Shown here: in pieces, positions 62,849 to 64,000 of the stretch | Position numbering within the stretch: the stretch's first letter is position 1 | Layout of the letters: each line of letters starts with the position of its first letter | IMG/VR virus record: IMGVR_UViG_3300010051_000550 | Coordinates: 1 to 64,000 of that record | DNA length: 64,000 nt | Strand: one strand, 5' to 3' | Source of the DNA: a virus | Lineage: Duplodnaviria; Caudoviricetes | Translations under genes and position numbers: made by a program | The notes under the pieces: model-generated | Seen by the model: only the letters and a program-made list of their open reading frames with translations | Database searches by the model: none | What the model was told of the DNA's origin: nothing

Positions 62849-63265
62849 GTGAATGAGATGGGATTTGAGGATTTGGCAGTGGTTGGCGGCGTGTTGGCGT
62901 TGGCGGGTTTTTTGGCCGGCACCGTTGAGCGCGTGATCGAAAAGGCGCTGAAGCCGATGTTCGAGAAGCTTTTCGTGGCGTTCGGTCTGGGCGCGGAGAA
63001 GCTCAGTGCGTTCATCCCGCTCGTGGCGTTCGTGCTTGGCGCTTTGCTCTCCTACGGGTTCGGGCTGGACTTGTTCGCGCCGCTCGCGGAAGTTGTGGGC
63101 CTGGAGCCGGCGGCCTGGCTGACGCAAGGACTGACGGCCGTCGTCGTCGGCGGCGGCAGCAACCTGATTAACGACCTCTGGCCGCAGACCGGCGGCGTAC
63201 TGGAGCCGGTTGAGTTGGAGATCGATGAGGAGGGCAATGTGACGAGCATTGCCCGGTTGGGTTAA
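62849..63265 (+). CDS. Holin-like membrane protein
   Basis: 3 hydrophobic segments; GLDLF...LTAVVVGGGSNLINDL holin pattern. Confidence 0.75.
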   Translation: MNEMGFEDLAVVGGVLALAGFLAGTVERVIEKALKPMFEKLFVAFGLGAEKLSAFIPLVAFVLGALLSYGFGLDLFAPLAEVVGLEPAAWLTQGLTAVVVGGGSNLINDLWPQTGGVLEPVELEIDEEGNVTSIARLG

Positions 63266-63328
63266 CCGGCCCCAGAGTTGATAGCTATGCCCGGCCGCTC
63301 AAAAGGCGGCCGGGCAATGTGTAACAGG

Positions 63329-63589
63329 ATGAACGAGCAACCGGACGACCTGCGCGCCTATTTGTCGGAGGCGGAGGCGCTGGTGATGGACTGGTATAGC
63401 CGCGACGGGGTTGAGGGGTCGCATGGGGCGAATCTGGACATGATCGCCACATTGCTGGGCCTCGACGTGGTGATGAATACAGATTGGCCGTTCGCGATGT
63501 TGAGGGACCGAGCATCCCTCTTCCTGGTGGCGGCGTTTCAGATGGGACGGGCGGCTGCTTATGGCGACGACAGTAGTTCTGCTGAGTGA
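63329..63589 (+). CDS. Hypothetical protein
   Basis: Short ORF; start uncertain. Confidence 0.45.
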   Translation: MNEQPDDLRAYLSEAEALVMDWYSRDGVEGSHGANLDMIATLLGLDVVMNTDWPFAMLRDRASLFLVAAFQMGRAAAYGDDSSSAE

Positions 63590-64000
63590 CCTGCACACGA
63601 ACTCGACCGTGGCGCTGTGCCCGCCGGTGGTGAATCTCGACGACGGCGGGTCGTATCGAGCCAGTACGGCGCAGCGGTGGATTTGGCGGCATTTTGTGGC
63701 CTTTGCCCAGGAAGCGGCCGAGCGTCGGGAGCAGGCGGGCGGGCCGATGGTGGTGGTGTTGAACGGTGAGTTGGCCGACGATAACTATCACAGCAAGTTC
63801 CAGCTGGTGGATCAGAATCCGAAGTCTCAGATGTCGACGGCGATTAAGGCGCTGGAGCCGCTGCTGGCGATCCTGCGACCTGAAGACCGAGTCTACGTGA
63901 CGCGGGGGACGGAGGCGCACAGCGGCCGTTCGGCATGGATGGATGACAAGATCGGCGAGGACATCGGCGCGGTGTCGCCCAGCGAGGGCATTCACAGTTA
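63561..64000 (+). CDS. Calcineurin-like metallophosphoesterase, partial (runs off the window)
   Basis: Manual translation: MATTVVLLSDLHTNS...VVLNGELADD...VTRGTEAH. Confidence 0.75.
   Translation, partial: MATTVVLLSDLHTNSTVALCPPVVNLDDGGSYRASTAQRWIWRHFVAFAQEAAERREQAGGPMVVVLNGELADDNYHSKFQLVDQNPKSQMSTAIKALEPLLAILRPEDRVYVTRGTEAHSGRSAWMDDKIGEDIGAVSPSEGIHS

Noticed and set aside
1-64000. att sites, tRNA genes, IS elements, introns/inteins
   Set aside because: None recognised; prophage ends lie outside or at the window edge, so att repeats cannot be assessed

Overview
Nearly complete temperate siphovirus-type prophage or phage genome. It is GC-rich (about 65% by eye) and mostly encoded on the + strand. 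Host is probably Chloroflexota (Anaerolineae-like); this is inferred from a VEVTRLVE-repeat lipoprotein, an EAD7-like domain and GAAC-N4-GTTC SOS-type boxes. Gene order: tyrosine recombinase (-) | replication block (lambda-O-like initiator with five internal iterons, loader/inhibitor-like protein, Tat-exported sulfatase, ParB-like protein, adenine MTase, DUF5131, many small ORFs) | RHH-pair moron | ParB-MTase | leftward array of promoter-gene-hairpin cassettes | two TerS-like genes around a LexA-type HTH, TerL, portal, head morphogenesis | 8-kb accessory island | protease, decoration protein, MCP, neck and tail genes | 6.7-kb defence-like island splitting the tail operon (DUF3467/HicB/HicA-like trio, 1112-aa nuclease-TPR-like protein, lipoprotein, DUF2513-like) | tail chaperone with a -1 frameshift, 2444-aa tape measure, tail tip | lysis region (TM-coiled-coil-EAD7-like protein, beta-helix enzyme, holin) | partial metallophosphoesterase. 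No att site, CI-type repressor, classical endolysin, tRNA or CRISPR array was recognised. All family calls come from motif recognition by eye, not database searches.
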